Notes: generated by a model from the sequence alone, not told the origin. Shown: positions 1 through 8,966, counted from the first letter of the stretch. The stretch: DNA of 64,000 nt from Minisyncoccota bacterium (GCA_041664265.1 JBAYLD010000003.1:7988-71987), one strand, 5' to 3'. Made by a program: numbers and translations.

Positions 1-1047
1 ATCAAGCTTCTCTCGGGTGTGAAGCTAAACGTCACGAATCGGGCACAAGATGGCCGCTTCAGCGTTGCACTCCAAAAGGCGACCCCGACGTCTGAAGTCG
101 GGGTCCCGACCGCAAGCGTCGGGATAGAAATGCGCGTCTCTTTCATCCCCGGGAACTTTGGAGAGTCTATTGTGCTGCGCATCCTTAATCCTGAAGCGAC
201 CAAAGTTTCGTACAAAGAGCTCGGCATCCAGCCCAAACTCCTCGCGCGCCTCGAGACGGAGATCCGGCGCCCCAACGGCATGCTACTTACCACCGGCCCT
301 ACCGGGAGCGGCAAGACGACGACGCTCTACTCATTCCTCCGCGAGATCCACACGCCCGATATAAAGATCATCACCATCGAAGATCCGGTCGAATATCACC
401 TTAAGGGTATCGTACAGACACAAGTCGAGGGGACGAAATACACATTTGCCGAGGGGCTCAAATCTATCGTTCGCCAAGATCCGGACATCATCATGGTCGG
501 CGAGATCCGCGACGGCGAGACCGCCGATATCGCGATACAGGCGGCACTCACGGGCCACTTCGTCTTCTCAACCCTCCACACCAACAATGCCGCCGGTACC
601 TTCCCCCGGCTGGCCGACCTTGGTGCGGATCCAAAATCCTTCGGCTCAGCGGTAACCGTCTCGATGGCGCAGCGCCTCTTGCGTAAGCTTGATCCGGAAA
701 AGAAAAAAGAACGCTCGCTCACTGATGAGGAGAAAGCGATGATTACAAAGGTGTTTGAGCCGCTCGCCGACAAGTCGCTCATCCCTGAAAAAATAGAGAC
801 CGTATGGGATCCGGCACCCGCCAGCGATGAAGAGACCGGTTACCACGGCCGCATCGGCCTCTATGAGGCGATCTTTATGGACGACGAGCTCGCGTCGTTC
901 CTGCGCGACAATCCGCCTGAAAACGAGATCGCCAAGCTCACCGCCAAGCAAGGCTACCTCACGATGGCGCAAGATGGCATCCTCAAAGCTCTCGCCGGCG
1001 TCACCTCCCTCACTGAAGTCGCCGACACCGTCGACCTTCCGAGATAG
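1..1047 (+). CDS. PilB/GspE-family secretion/pilus assembly ATPase (5' partial, gene continues upstream of window)
   Basis: Walker A GPTGSGKTTT, conserved GspE core (IEDPVEY, DIIMVGEIRD, TLHTN), C-terminal ~90 aa tail typical of PilB/GspE rather than PilT; paralog of the complete PilB at 28352-30100. Confidence 0.85.
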   Translation: MKLLSGVKLNVTNRAQDGRFSVALQKATPTSEVGVPTASVGIEMRVSFIPGNFGESIVLRILNPEATKVSYKELGIQPKLLARLETEIRRPNGMLLTTGPTGSGKTTTLYSFLREIHTPDIKIITIEDPVEYHLKGIVQTQVEGTKYTFAEGLKSIVRQDPDIIMVGEIRDGETADIAIQAALTGHFVFSTLHTNNAAGTFPRLADLGADPKSFGSAVTVSMAQRLLRKLDPEKKKERSLTDEEKAMITKVFEPLADKSLIPEKIETVWDPAPASDEETGYHGRIGLYEAIFMDDELASFLRDNPPENEIAKLTAKQGYLTMAQDGILKALAGVTSLTEVADTVDLPR

Positions 1048-1058
1048 CGATCTTTGTT

Positions 1059-1138
1059 GTGCATACTCAGTATGCACATGAGCGCGACTATCCGCGTGTA
1101 CCTTAATTTACGCTATAGCGTAAATTAAGGTACACGCG
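1059..1138. repeat. Composite palindromic repeat element copy A: 19-bp palindrome GTGCATACTCAGTATGCAC (1059-1077) followed by 46-bp perfect palindrome CGCGTGTACCTTAATTTACGCTATAGCGTAAATTAAGGTACACGCG (1093-1138)
   Basis: Read directly from sequence; reverse complement identical; related copies at 9814-9887 and 55107-55146. Confidence 0.85.
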
Positions 1139-1152
1139 ATCATGTATAAAAA

Positions 1153-1183
1153 AGAAATCGCCCAACTCTGTTGGGCGATTTCT
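1153..1183. other. Perfect 14-bp-stem hairpin AGAAATCGCCCAAC-tctg-GTTGGGCGATTTCT (A-run on + side, so T-run on the minus strand)
   Basis: Seen in sequence; could terminate a minus-strand transcript or act bidirectionally after pilB-like gene. Confidence 0.4.
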
Positions 1184-1435
1184 ACTCTCGTTCCCGTCCC
1201 TATGTAAGCATATAGACGGTCGTTCGGCGCAGAACGATATGAGATTACTCACATCGTTCTGACCTCTCTTCCCGTCCATAATCCTCAAGGCAAAACCCGC
1301 AGTAACGCGGGGAAGACATAACACCTGAGGAGATTCCCAGCGCCACGACCGAAGTTGTGGACCAGAAAGTCCTTGGGGAAACGCCCAAAGCCGTCAAGCC
1401 TTGCCTAGAGGAGTATGAACAGGAGCAACGAACTG

Positions 1436-1444
1436 TGCTAGAAT
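1436..1444 (+). promoter_or_regulatory. Extended -10 promoter element TGcTAGAAT upstream of ruvB (ATG 1465), no Shine-Dalgarno
   Basis: TGn + TAGAAT 20 nt upstream of start; identical architecture upstream of PBP gene at 3637-3645. Confidence 0.4.
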
Positions 1445-1464
1445 GTTAGCATCACAGTATTTTT

Positions 1465-2466
1465 ATGTCAACCCCCCCCAAAGCCCCTCCCTCGACTTCT
1501 TCATCGCTTGATGCGGTGCTTCGCCCCGGCCATTGGGACGAATATGTCGGCCAAAAACAGGTCAAAGCGAACGTGCGCATTTCGATTGATGCGGCGAAGA
1601 AGCGCGGCGGCATGCCGGAACACTTCCTCTTCTACGGCCCGCCAGGCGTCGGCAAGACGACCCTCGCGCACCTCGTCGCCGCGACGCTCGAATCACCACT
1701 AAAGAGCACGTCGGGAGTCGCTATCGAGCGCGCTGGAGATCTCGCGGCAATATTGACCAACCTTGAGCCGCACACAGTGTTGTTTATAGATGAAATCCAT
1801 CGGCTTTCGAGAAAAATAGAAGAGCTCCTCTATCCTGCTCTTGAGTCGGGACATCTTGATATCGTGCTGGGAAAAGGCCCCTCGGCACGCACGGTCGAGC
1901 TCGCGCTCCCTCCCTTCACACTCGTCGGCGCTACCACGCGCGTCGCCGAGCTCTCAGGGCCGCTGCGCTCGCGCTTCGGCGGCGGCGTCTATCAGCTCGA
2001 CTTCTATAATGATGAAGATTTACGCGATATTATCCGCCGTTCTGCCCGCCTGCTCGAGCTCAGGGCGCCCGATGAGGTGATCGAGCGCATCGCGGCGCGA
2101 AGCCGCGCGACGCCGCGCGTCGCGAATGCACTTCTAAAGCGTGTCCGCGACTTCTCTGAAGTCCACGAACGCAAGCTCTCTGGGTCTCTTTGCGACGAGG
2201 CATGCGAACTCTTCGGCATTGATGCGTTCGGCCTCACCAAAGATGATCGCCGCTACCTTGATACCCTTCTCCAGGGATTCCGCGGCGGCCCAGCGGGTGT
2301 TCGAGCGCTTGCCGCAGCTATACATGAAGAACCCGACACTCTCGAGAACGTCTATGAGCCCTATCTGCTCCGCCTCGGCTTTATCGAACGCTCCTCGCGC
2401 GGCCGCATCCTCACCCCCAAAGGCCGCGCTTATTTGAATGGTGAAAAACTTGATGCTATTTTTTGA
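1465..2466 (+). CDS. ruvB: Holliday junction branch migration helicase RuvB
   Basis: AAA+ Walker A GPPGVGKTT, Walker B LFIDEIHR, RuvB C-terminal winged helix region; full length 333 aa. Confidence 0.95.
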   Translation: MSTPPKAPPSTSSSLDAVLRPGHWDEYVGQKQVKANVRISIDAAKKRGGMPEHFLFYGPPGVGKTTLAHLVAATLESPLKSTSGVAIERAGDLAAILTNLEPHTVLFIDEIHRLSRKIEELLYPALESGHLDIVLGKGPSARTVELALPPFTLVGATTRVAELSGPLRSRFGGGVYQLDFYNDEDLRDIIRRSARLLELRAPDEVIERIAARSRATPRVANALLKRVRDFSEVHERKLSGSLCDEACELFGIDAFGLTKDDRRYLDTLLQGFRGGPAGVRALAAAIHEEPDTLENVYEPYLLRLGFIERSSRGRILTPKGRAYLNGEKLDAIF

Positions 2467-3023
2467 CCATGTCCGGACATAGCAAATGGTCGCAGATTAA
2501 AAGACAGAAGGCGACGACCGACGCGGCAAAGAGCCGCATCTTCGCACGCTATGCGCGCCTCATCACTATGGAGTCTAAGAAGGCAGGCGGCGTCCTCTCG
2601 GCACCCGGCCTTGCCGTCGCCATCTCGCGCGCCAAGGCCGCGAATATGCCCAAAGACAATATCGAGCGCGCGGTCGCGAAGGGCACGTCAAAAGATTCGG
2701 GGAATCTCGAGCGTGTGGTATACGAAGCATACGGCCCTGGCGGGGCGGCACTGATGGTTGACGCCCTCACTGATAATAAAAATCGCACGACTCAAGAGAT
2801 CAAACACCTCCTCTCGAAACAAGGTACTGAGATTGCCGCGCCGGGTGCCGCGAGCTGGGCATTCACTAAAGCAGGCGACGTGTACACCCCGAATGAGCCT
2901 TTGATTGAGGTGGGTGAAGTTGAGGGGAAACAGCTTGGCGATATGTTAGAAGCGCTTGATGAACATGGGGATGTGCAACAAGTGTTCACGAACGCGCGCG
3001 GCTATGAGAATATTGGCGATTGA
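2463..3023 (+). CDS. yebC: YebC/PmpR family probable transcriptional regulator
   Basis: N-terminal signature SGHSKWSQIKRQKA, size 186 aa (short form), classical position between ruvB and ruvC. Confidence 0.9.
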   Translation: MTMSGHSKWSQIKRQKATTDAAKSRIFARYARLITMESKKAGGVLSAPGLAVAISRAKAANMPKDNIERAVAKGTSKDSGNLERVVYEAYGPGGAALMVDALTDNKNRTTQEIKHLLSKQGTEIAAPGAASWAFTKAGDVYTPNEPLIEVGEVEGKQLGDMLEALDEHGDVQQVFTNARGYENIGD

Positions 3024-3480
3024 TCCGGGCTACGACCGACTCGGTATCGCCGTCATCGAGGGCGACCCTTCTCGGCCCACACTCATCTGGAGTGATTGCG
3101 TACTTCCCGATAAAGGTCCGCACGAACAACGTCTCGCACAAGTGTCGAGAGCGATCACTAGGGCAATTCTCGACTACACACCTGATATACTCGCGATCGA
3201 GACTCTTTTTTTTAGTATCAACAAGAAAACAGCGCTTGGCGTCGCCGAGGCGCGTGGCGCGATCCTTGCTGCTGCCGGCAACGCCTCTTTACCGGTCTGC
3301 GAATGCTCGCCACAACAAGTGAAGCTTGCGGTTACCGGCAATGGCGGTGCAGACAAGGCGGCTCTGGCAAACATGGTTCCCCAACTCCTCACACTCCCTA
3401 AAAAGAAGCGGTTTGACGATGAGTTGGACGCGATAGCGATTGGCATCACCGCACTTGCCCTCAACCCTTTGAAACACTAA
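3004..3480 (+). CDS. ruvC: Holliday junction resolvase RuvC (start taken at MRILAIDPG, inside ORF 2956-3480)
   Basis: ILAIDPGYDRLGIAV N-terminus, catalytic acidic residues, RNase H-like fold size. Confidence 0.9.
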   Translation: MRILAIDPGYDRLGIAVIEGDPSRPTLIWSDCVLPDKGPHEQRLAQVSRAITRAILDYTPDILAIETLFFSINKKTALGVAEARGAILAAAGNASLPVCECSPQQVKLAVTGNGGADKAALANMVPQLLTLPKKKRFDDELDAIAIGITALALNPLKH

Positions 3481-3541
3481 TCCACACCCCACGCCAGAGA
3501 CACTTGCATGAATAGTATTTTTTGTTACATATATACACCAT

Positions 3542-3631
3542 ATGATGGACGAAGATGAAGAGATTCGCGACGGATTCATTCCTGATGAGCTGGAGGAGTT
3601 CGTGAGCGAAGAAGAGGAAGAAAATTATTAA
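3542..3631 (+). other. Small ORF encoding 29-aa highly acidic peptide (MMDEDEEIRDGFIPDELEEFVSEEEEENY)
   Basis: ATG-initiated ORF in ruvC-PBP intergenic region; no homology assessable; may be non-functional. Confidence 0.2.
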
Positions 3632-3636
3632 AAACG

Positions 3637-3645
3637 TGTTAGAAT
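3637..3645 (+). promoter_or_regulatory. Extended -10 promoter TGtTAGAAT 6 nt upstream of PBP ATG (leaderless-type transcript predicted)
   Basis: Same TGnTAGAAT motif as upstream of ruvB; ATG at 3652 with no room for SD. Confidence 0.4.
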
Positions 3646-3651
3646 AGCAGT

Positions 3652-5805
3652 ATGTCTCCTCATCGCACACAGCGGCATACTGTTATAACTTCTCTCCTTG
3701 TCCTTTTTGGGCTTGGACTTATTTTTGCCGGCGGTATTCTTGTATTAGTAGCGATCACTCCTGTGCCCGATATTAGTTCCTTTGCGAGCCGACAGATCAA
3801 CCAGTCGACAAAAATATACGATCGTACTGGGCAGGTTCTCTTATACGATTATAATCGGGACGCGAAGCGAGAGATTGTTCCGCTCGTATCCATGTCTCCT
3901 CATGTCATACAATCGACCATAGCGATCGAGGATTCGAGTTTTTATACACATGGCGGCATCCGCCTCACCTCTATCGTTCGCGCGATGATTGCTGATGTTC
4001 TTGGGGGTTCGCTTTCCCAAGGAGGTTCAACCATCACCCAGCAGGTGGTGAAGAATACGCTCCTCACAAATAAAAAAAGTGTGGTGCGTAAAATACATGA
4101 GTGGGCGCTCGCACTTCGACTCGAACAAGCCTACTCAAAGGACCAGATACTCGAGACCTATCTTAACAATATCCCCTTCGGGGGTACGCTCTATGGCGTC
4201 GAGGCGGCATCAGAGGCTTATTTCGGGATACCTGCAAAGGATCTTTCTGTTGCGAAGTCGGCATATCTCTCAGCTATGATACAGGCTCCTTCATTTTATT
4301 CGCCGTATGGGGCGAATCGCGCAAAACTCGATATGCGCAAAAATCTTGTGCTTGACCGCATGCGCGCACTCGGCTTCTTAGATGACGCCGCATATGCGTC
4401 CGCAAAAACAGAAGAGGTTTTGTTTGCCCCTGCGGGCCAGAACGCAATCATCGCGCCGCATTTCGTTTTTTATATCCTCAACCAGCTCGAAGAAAAATAT
4501 GGGAAGAATGCTTTGATTGGGGGGTTAAAGGTGACCACCACGCTTGATGCTGATCTCGAGACAAAAGCAGAATCAATAGTGAACAGCTACGCGCTTAAAA
4601 ACCAGAAGGATTTTAACGCATCAAATGCCACTTTGGTCGCGATCGACCCCCCGACGGGGCAAATTCTCGCGATGGTGGGCTCGCGCGACTTCTTTGACAC
4701 GACTATCGACGGGCAATATAATGCCGCGCTTGCCCTACGGCAACCAGGTTCGACCATGAAGCCGTTTATCTATTCGCTCGCCTTGATGCGCGGCTATACG
4801 CGCAACACGGTCGTCTTTGATACACCGACGCAATTCTCAACAGCTTGCAGACCCTTTGATGTCACGAACAACACACCACCCTGCTACGCTCCTGAAGACT
4901 ACGATGGCGCCTTTCGCGGCCCAATGACCTTTGAGACAGCACTCGCCCAATCGATCAACATACCCGCTATTAAGGTTCTTTACTTGGTTGGCATACAAAA
5001 CGCCATACATTTTGCAAAATCATTCGGGCTCACCACCCTCGGCGACCCGAGCCAATACGGCCTCACGCTCGTGCTCGGCGGTGGCGAAGTGAGGCTTCTC
5101 GACCTCACAGGCGCCTATGCCGCCTTCGCGAATGATGGAGTACAGAACACGCCCACAGGCATCCTCGAGGTGAATGATGCACAAGGGAATGTGCTTGAGC
5201 GCTATACCGCATCACCAGTCGTTGTAGCACCTACAAATATCGCGCGTGATATTTCAGCCATGCTTTCTAACGCCCAGGCGCGCCTACCAGAATATCCACT
5301 GAATTCTCCTCTCTCCTTCTCTGGCTATGACGTAGCGGTTAAGACAGGTACGACCGATGACACCCGTGACGCATGGGTGATCGGCTACACCCCCTCTATC
5401 GCCATCGGCGTCTGGACGGGTAATAATGACAACTCGAAGATGGTCAAATCTGTCGCTGGATTTATCGCGGCACCGATGTGGCATGAGGTGATGGCGTATG
5501 CGCTTTCAAAATATCCCCAGACATATTTTGGTGAACCAAGCCCGCTCTATGCCTCAGTACCGCCGATGTTGCAGGGGAATTGGCGTATACCTGATGCACA
5601 AGGAAATATCGTCCCGCACAGCCTCTTATATTGGACCGATAAACAAAATCCACAAGGAGCGCCTCCTTCAAATCCTGCACAAGACCCTCAATTCGCGTAT
5701 TGGGAGTATGGTGTATCTGCTTGGTACAACTCCCACCCCAACCTCTTCTCTGGAGGCGTCATGCTCCCTGTCCCGCTTTCTAATAACACTACTGTCGCTC
5801 AATAA
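3652..5805 (+). CDS. Class A penicillin-binding protein (bifunctional glycosyltransferase GT51 / transpeptidase), N-terminal membrane anchor
   Basis: GT51 motifs EDSSFYTHGG, GGSTITQQ; transpeptidase STMKP (SxxK), SFN-like and KTGT motifs; TM helix residues 12-35. Confidence 0.9.
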   Translation: MSPHRTQRHTVITSLLVLFGLGLIFAGGILVLVAITPVPDISSFASRQINQSTKIYDRTGQVLLYDYNRDAKREIVPLVSMSPHVIQSTIAIEDSSFYTHGGIRLTSIVRAMIADVLGGSLSQGGSTITQQVVKNTLLTNKKSVVRKIHEWALALRLEQAYSKDQILETYLNNIPFGGTLYGVEAASEAYFGIPAKDLSVAKSAYLSAMIQAPSFYSPYGANRAKLDMRKNLVLDRMRALGFLDDAAYASAKTEEVLFAPAGQNAIIAPHFVFYILNQLEEKYGKNALIGGLKVTTTLDADLETKAESIVNSYALKNQKDFNASNATLVAIDPPTGQILAMVGSRDFFDTTIDGQYNAALALRQPGSTMKPFIYSLALMRGYTRNTVVFDTPTQFSTACRPFDVTNNTPPCYAPEDYDGAFRGPMTFETALAQSINIPAIKVLYLVGIQNAIHFAKSFGLTTLGDPSQYGLTLVLGGGEVRLLDLTGAYAAFANDGVQNTPTGILEVNDAQGNVLERYTASPVVVAPTNIARDISAMLSNAQARLPEYPLNSPLSFSGYDVAVKTGTTDDTRDAWVIGYTPSIAIGVWTGNNDNSKMVKSVAGFIAAPMWHEVMAYALSKYPQTYFGEPSPLYASVPPMLQGNWRIPDAQGNIVPHSLLYWTDKQNPQGAPPSNPAQDPQFAYWEYGVSAWYNSHPNLFSGGVMLPVPLSNNTTVAQ

Positions 5806-5843
5806 TCTTCTACTAACTAAGAAGGGAGTTTTACTTTATGATC

Positions 5844-6944
5844 CTATTGATTCATTGGGGAGACAAGATAGAGGAGTGAGGTATCCCCTACCCCTTTTAT
5901 AATCAGCGGGCGGCCGATGCCTGCAGCAGTGAGTGAGAGGCTCTCAGTGGTAGTAAGTGAGAGTGCTGCTAAAAGATAGCGATAATTAAAAGAAAGATCG
6001 AGTGCGCTCCCCGCTATGCGAGCAGAAAGCGTCTCTGACGCTTCGCCTACATCAGTATTCTTCGCGAATAAAGAGAGTGTATTCTTTTTTGGATCAAAAC
6101 TTAAGCGCACTTTCTGAAAAGAGTCTGAAAAGATGGTTGTTTGTTTTAACGCATGTTCAAAATCTTTTCTCAACACTATTGCCTCAACAATTGATTCTTT
6201 CGGGATTATCTGACGATAATCAGGATATACCGAATTCGTAAGCCGAGATACCAACATACCACTCGTGCTCACAAACGCGCATTGATGTTCATCAAACGAC
6301 ATTATAATGTCGTCATCTGGTAGCGCTTGTGCTATATCAAGGGCATTTTTTGCAGGAATGAGGAATTTCCCTTGTGTTCCTTTGTTTATAAGAGGTATTT
6401 TTTTCTCTGCAAGCCGAAATGAGTCTGTCGCAACCGCAGTTAAGATACCCCCTTCTATTGAGATATAGATACTCGCAAGTTCTGGGCGAACAGTTGAGGA
6501 TGAAGCACAAGGCGCAAGAGAAGAAAATAGAGCGCGCAGAAGAACTCCCGGGAGGACAATCCTATTTTTGGGGTTCTCGGGAAATGGGATTGAAGGAAAA
6601 TCCTCATACAGAACAGTCCGTATAGAACTTTTCCCCATGCCGCTTGTGAGCGATACGATATCTCCAGTGTGTTCTAGAGTAATAGTTCCTCCTGGAGTGA
6701 GTGTGTGTGCTATTTGTTGTAGTATCGTTGAGGGTAGGGCTACCACGCCGTGAGTTTTGCATTCTCCTTCAATTTTTAAATCTATTCCCGTTTCAAGATT
6801 TGTTGCACGCATCTTTATCCCATCATCCCCAGCAATAATAAGGATGGTAGAGAGTGCAGGGAGTGTCGTACTCTTACGTTCTGCGAATCGAGCAACAGTA
6901 GAGACTGCTTCAGAGAATATTTTTTTATCTATTGAAATATACAT
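5844..6944 (-). CDS. dnaN: DNA polymerase III beta sliding clamp
   Basis: 366 aa, three-domain clamp pattern, position immediately downstream of dnaA. Confidence 0.9.
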   Translation of the reverse strand: MYISIDKKIFSEAVSTVARFAERKSTTLPALSTILIIAGDDGIKMRATNLETGIDLKIEGECKTHGVVALPSTILQQIAHTLTPGGTITLEHTGDIVSLTSGMGKSSIRTVLYEDFPSIPFPENPKNRIVLPGVLLRALFSSLAPCASSSTVRPELASIYISIEGGILTAVATDSFRLAEKKIPLINKGTQGKFLIPAKNALDIAQALPDDDIIMSFDEHQCAFVSTSGMLVSRLTNSVYPDYRQIIPKESIVEAIVLRKDFEHALKQTTIFSDSFQKVRLSFDPKKNTLSLFAKNTDVGEASETLSARIAGSALDLSFNYRYLLAALSLTTTESLSLTAAGIGRPLIIKGVGDTSLLYLVSPMNQ

Positions 6945-7055
6945 ACGATGCTTATTAGGGCTGTTGATAAGTGGATAAATGAAAATAATGAGGCGCTTCT
7001 TGCATAAAAACCATATCCACTCCTGCGATTCCTGTTAATAAACGTAATGATATCT
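6945..7055. promoter_or_regulatory. dnaA-dnaN intergenic region with three DnaA-box-like 9-mers (TGTTGATAA/GTGGATAAA tandem on minus = TTATCAACA, TTATCCACT; ATATCCACT on plus) plus AT-rich stretch; candidate oriC / DnaA autoregulatory site
   Basis: Matches to TTATCCACA consensus with 1 mismatch each, seen in sequence at ~6961-6980 and ~7011-7020. Confidence 0.45.
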
Positions 7056-8441
7056 TCATACAAGAAGGGTACGGATATTTTGAATCTCAGTTGCGAGATC
7101 ACTATCCACAACAATTTCACGCTTTACCTTCTCACAAGAGTGGATAACAGTCGTATGATCTCTCCCTCCTAATTTTGTGCCGATAGCGGGATACGAGATA
7201 TTAAAATCTTCCCTCAAGAGGTACATAATAACTTGCCGCGGGCGCACCACTTCCCTCCTACGAGTCTTTTCGTAGATACTTTCTTCATCAATACCATAGA
7301 ATTCTGCCACTTTATCAACGACGTTTTTTACCGATATGCTTTTTTGAGGTCGGGTGAATGAGCGGAGTGACTGCCGCACTTCAGCTATATCAGGCGCACA
7401 CCCCTTCACCTGCGCGTGGCACACAATGCTATTTATCATTCCCTCCAGTTCACGTATTGATCCAGAAAGAGAGGTTGCGACATACTCGACCACTTCATCC
7501 GAGAGTATAAAACCATGTAGAGCAGCCTTTTTTCGTATAATAGCCATGCGCGATTCCGAATCAGGTTCGCTAATATCAACAGCCATACCACTTGATAAAC
7601 GGCTCTTTAAGCGCTCAGCAATATCAGGGATAGCTACAGGAGCGCGGTCGGAGGAAAAAATAATTTGTTTATTTGTGTCGTGGAGGGTATTAAAAAGGTG
7701 GAAAAGCTCCTCTTGCGTCTTATCCTTCTTAGAGAGGAATTGTACATCGTCCATGATCAAAAGATCGTATTGACGATATTTATCTTTAAAGCGATTTGCG
7801 GTTCCCGCTTGTAAGGAATCGCTGTAATCAACAGCGAATTTTTCTGAGGTGAGATAAAAGACTTTTCGCCCCTGATACAATTTTTTAAACTGGTTGCCTA
7901 TCGCTTGGATAAGGTGGGTCTTCCCTCTCCCGGTATCACCATAGATAAAAAGAGGGTTATAGGTAATACCAGGGCGTCCTAGAGCCGCTTGTGCCGCGGT
8001 ATACGCGAGTGTATTAAATGAGCCGATGACAAACGTATCAAATGTGTACCTCGGGTTCAAATTGTCACTTTTGTTGATATAAAAATCATCCAAAGGGAGC
8101 TCAAGCGCGCCGCTGGTGTTCTTAACCTCCTTCTGCACCTTTCGCCGGTCATCTTTTAAAATAAGGTATTCTATGTTCCTAAACTCGTACGAAACATCCC
8201 TCAGTATCTTTAAGAGTAATGTGTGGAATTTTTTTAAGTACCAATCTTTGAAAAACTGGCTTGGCACCCCGATATAGACAACACCATCTTCATCCACTTT
8301 TGCGATAAAACTGGTACAAAACCATGTGTTGAAATTTGCTGGTGATATAGAAAGCTCAACCTGCGTTAGCACATATTCCCAAAGTTCCTGGAGATTCCCT
8401 TTATTCATAATCGTATAGTCTGAGTATACTCTTGCCTCCAA
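7056..8441 (-). CDS. dnaA: Chromosomal replication initiator protein DnaA (TTG start)
   Basis: AAA+ Walker A GDTGRGKTHL, DnaA box-binding C-terminal domain (VIMYLLRE, HTTVIHS), 461 aa. Confidence 0.95.
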   Translation of the reverse strand: MEARVYSDYTIMNKGNLQELWEYVLTQVELSISPANFNTWFCTSFIAKVDEDGVVYIGVPSQFFKDWYLKKFHTLLLKILRDVSYEFRNIEYLILKDDRRKVQKEVKNTSGALELPLDDFYINKSDNLNPRYTFDTFVIGSFNTLAYTAAQAALGRPGITYNPLFIYGDTGRGKTHLIQAIGNQFKKLYQGRKVFYLTSEKFAVDYSDSLQAGTANRFKDKYRQYDLLIMDDVQFLSKKDKTQEELFHLFNTLHDTNKQIIFSSDRAPVAIPDIAERLKSRLSSGMAVDISEPDSESRMAIIRKKAALHGFILSDEVVEYVATSLSGSIRELEGMINSIVCHAQVKGCAPDIAEVRQSLRSFTRPQKSISVKNVVDKVAEFYGIDEESIYEKTRRREVVRPRQVIMYLLREDFNISYPAIGTKLGGRDHTTVIHSCEKVKREIVVDSDLATEIQNIRTLLV

Positions 8442-8508
8442 AAGTAAGAAACAGTAGTTTTTTGGGGAGAACCTGTTATTATCATGTGTATAACCTAATC
8501 TTCATAGT

Positions 8509-8646
8509 ATGCCGAAACAAACGTACCAACCCAAAAAGCGGAAGCGCGCAAAAACTCACGGATTCCTCTCGAGAGCAGAAACGAGCTCTGGCCGTAAGAT
8601 CGTACAAAAGCGACGTCGCGCCGGACGTACGCGTTTAACGGCTTAG
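8509..8646 (+). CDS. rpmH: 50S ribosomal protein L34
   Basis: Translation [45 protein letters not shown] (45 aa) missed by ORF track size cutoff; canonical rpmH-rnpA-yidC order. Confidence 0.9.
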   Translation: MPKQTYQPKKRKRAKTHGFLSRAETSSGRKIVQKRRRAGRTRLTA

Positions 8647-8651
8647 ATACT

Positions 8652-8966
8652 GTGTTTCCGCGCAAAGAACGGTTTCCGCGCGCGCTCTTCCCCACCGCTT
8701 TAAAGACTGGCCGGCGACTCTCGTCAGCACATCTGACGATCCTCGTCCCAAGAGAAGGAAAGGGATATGCGGTGGTGGTGTCAAAAAAAGTGGCTCGTCT
8801 TTCAGTCAAGAGGAATCAAATAAGGCGCCGAATCCTCGCAGCGCTCCGCCGGGCACCCCTAGACGGAAAGACCCTCCCTCCGGCGCTTATTGTTTTTCCC
8901 CGTTCTTCTGTGAGTAGTGTAAGCTATAAAGATATTAAGGTAGAACTTATGCAACTTATTCCGTGA
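8652..8966 (+). CDS. rnpA: Ribonuclease P protein component (GTG start)
   Basis: Small basic protein directly after rpmH, RnpA-like RNR motif region (KRNQIRRRI), 104 aa. Confidence 0.85.
   Translation: MFPRKERFPRALFPTALKTGRRLSSAHLTILVPREGKGYAVVVSKKVARLSVKRNQIRRRILAALRRAPLDGKTLPPALIVFPRSSVSSVSYKDIKVELMQLIP

Noticed and set aside
1103-1324. 73-aa minus-strand ORF ending ...RVYLNLRYSVN
   Set aside because: It is a read-through translation of the palindromic repeat (same peptide YLNLRYSV arises at every copy) and spans hairpin-rich non-coding DNA; no RBS.
8495-8809. 104-aa minus-strand ORF antisense to rpmH/rnpA
   Set aside because: Overlaps the conserved rpmH and rnpA genes on the opposite strand; typical high-GC antisense ORF.
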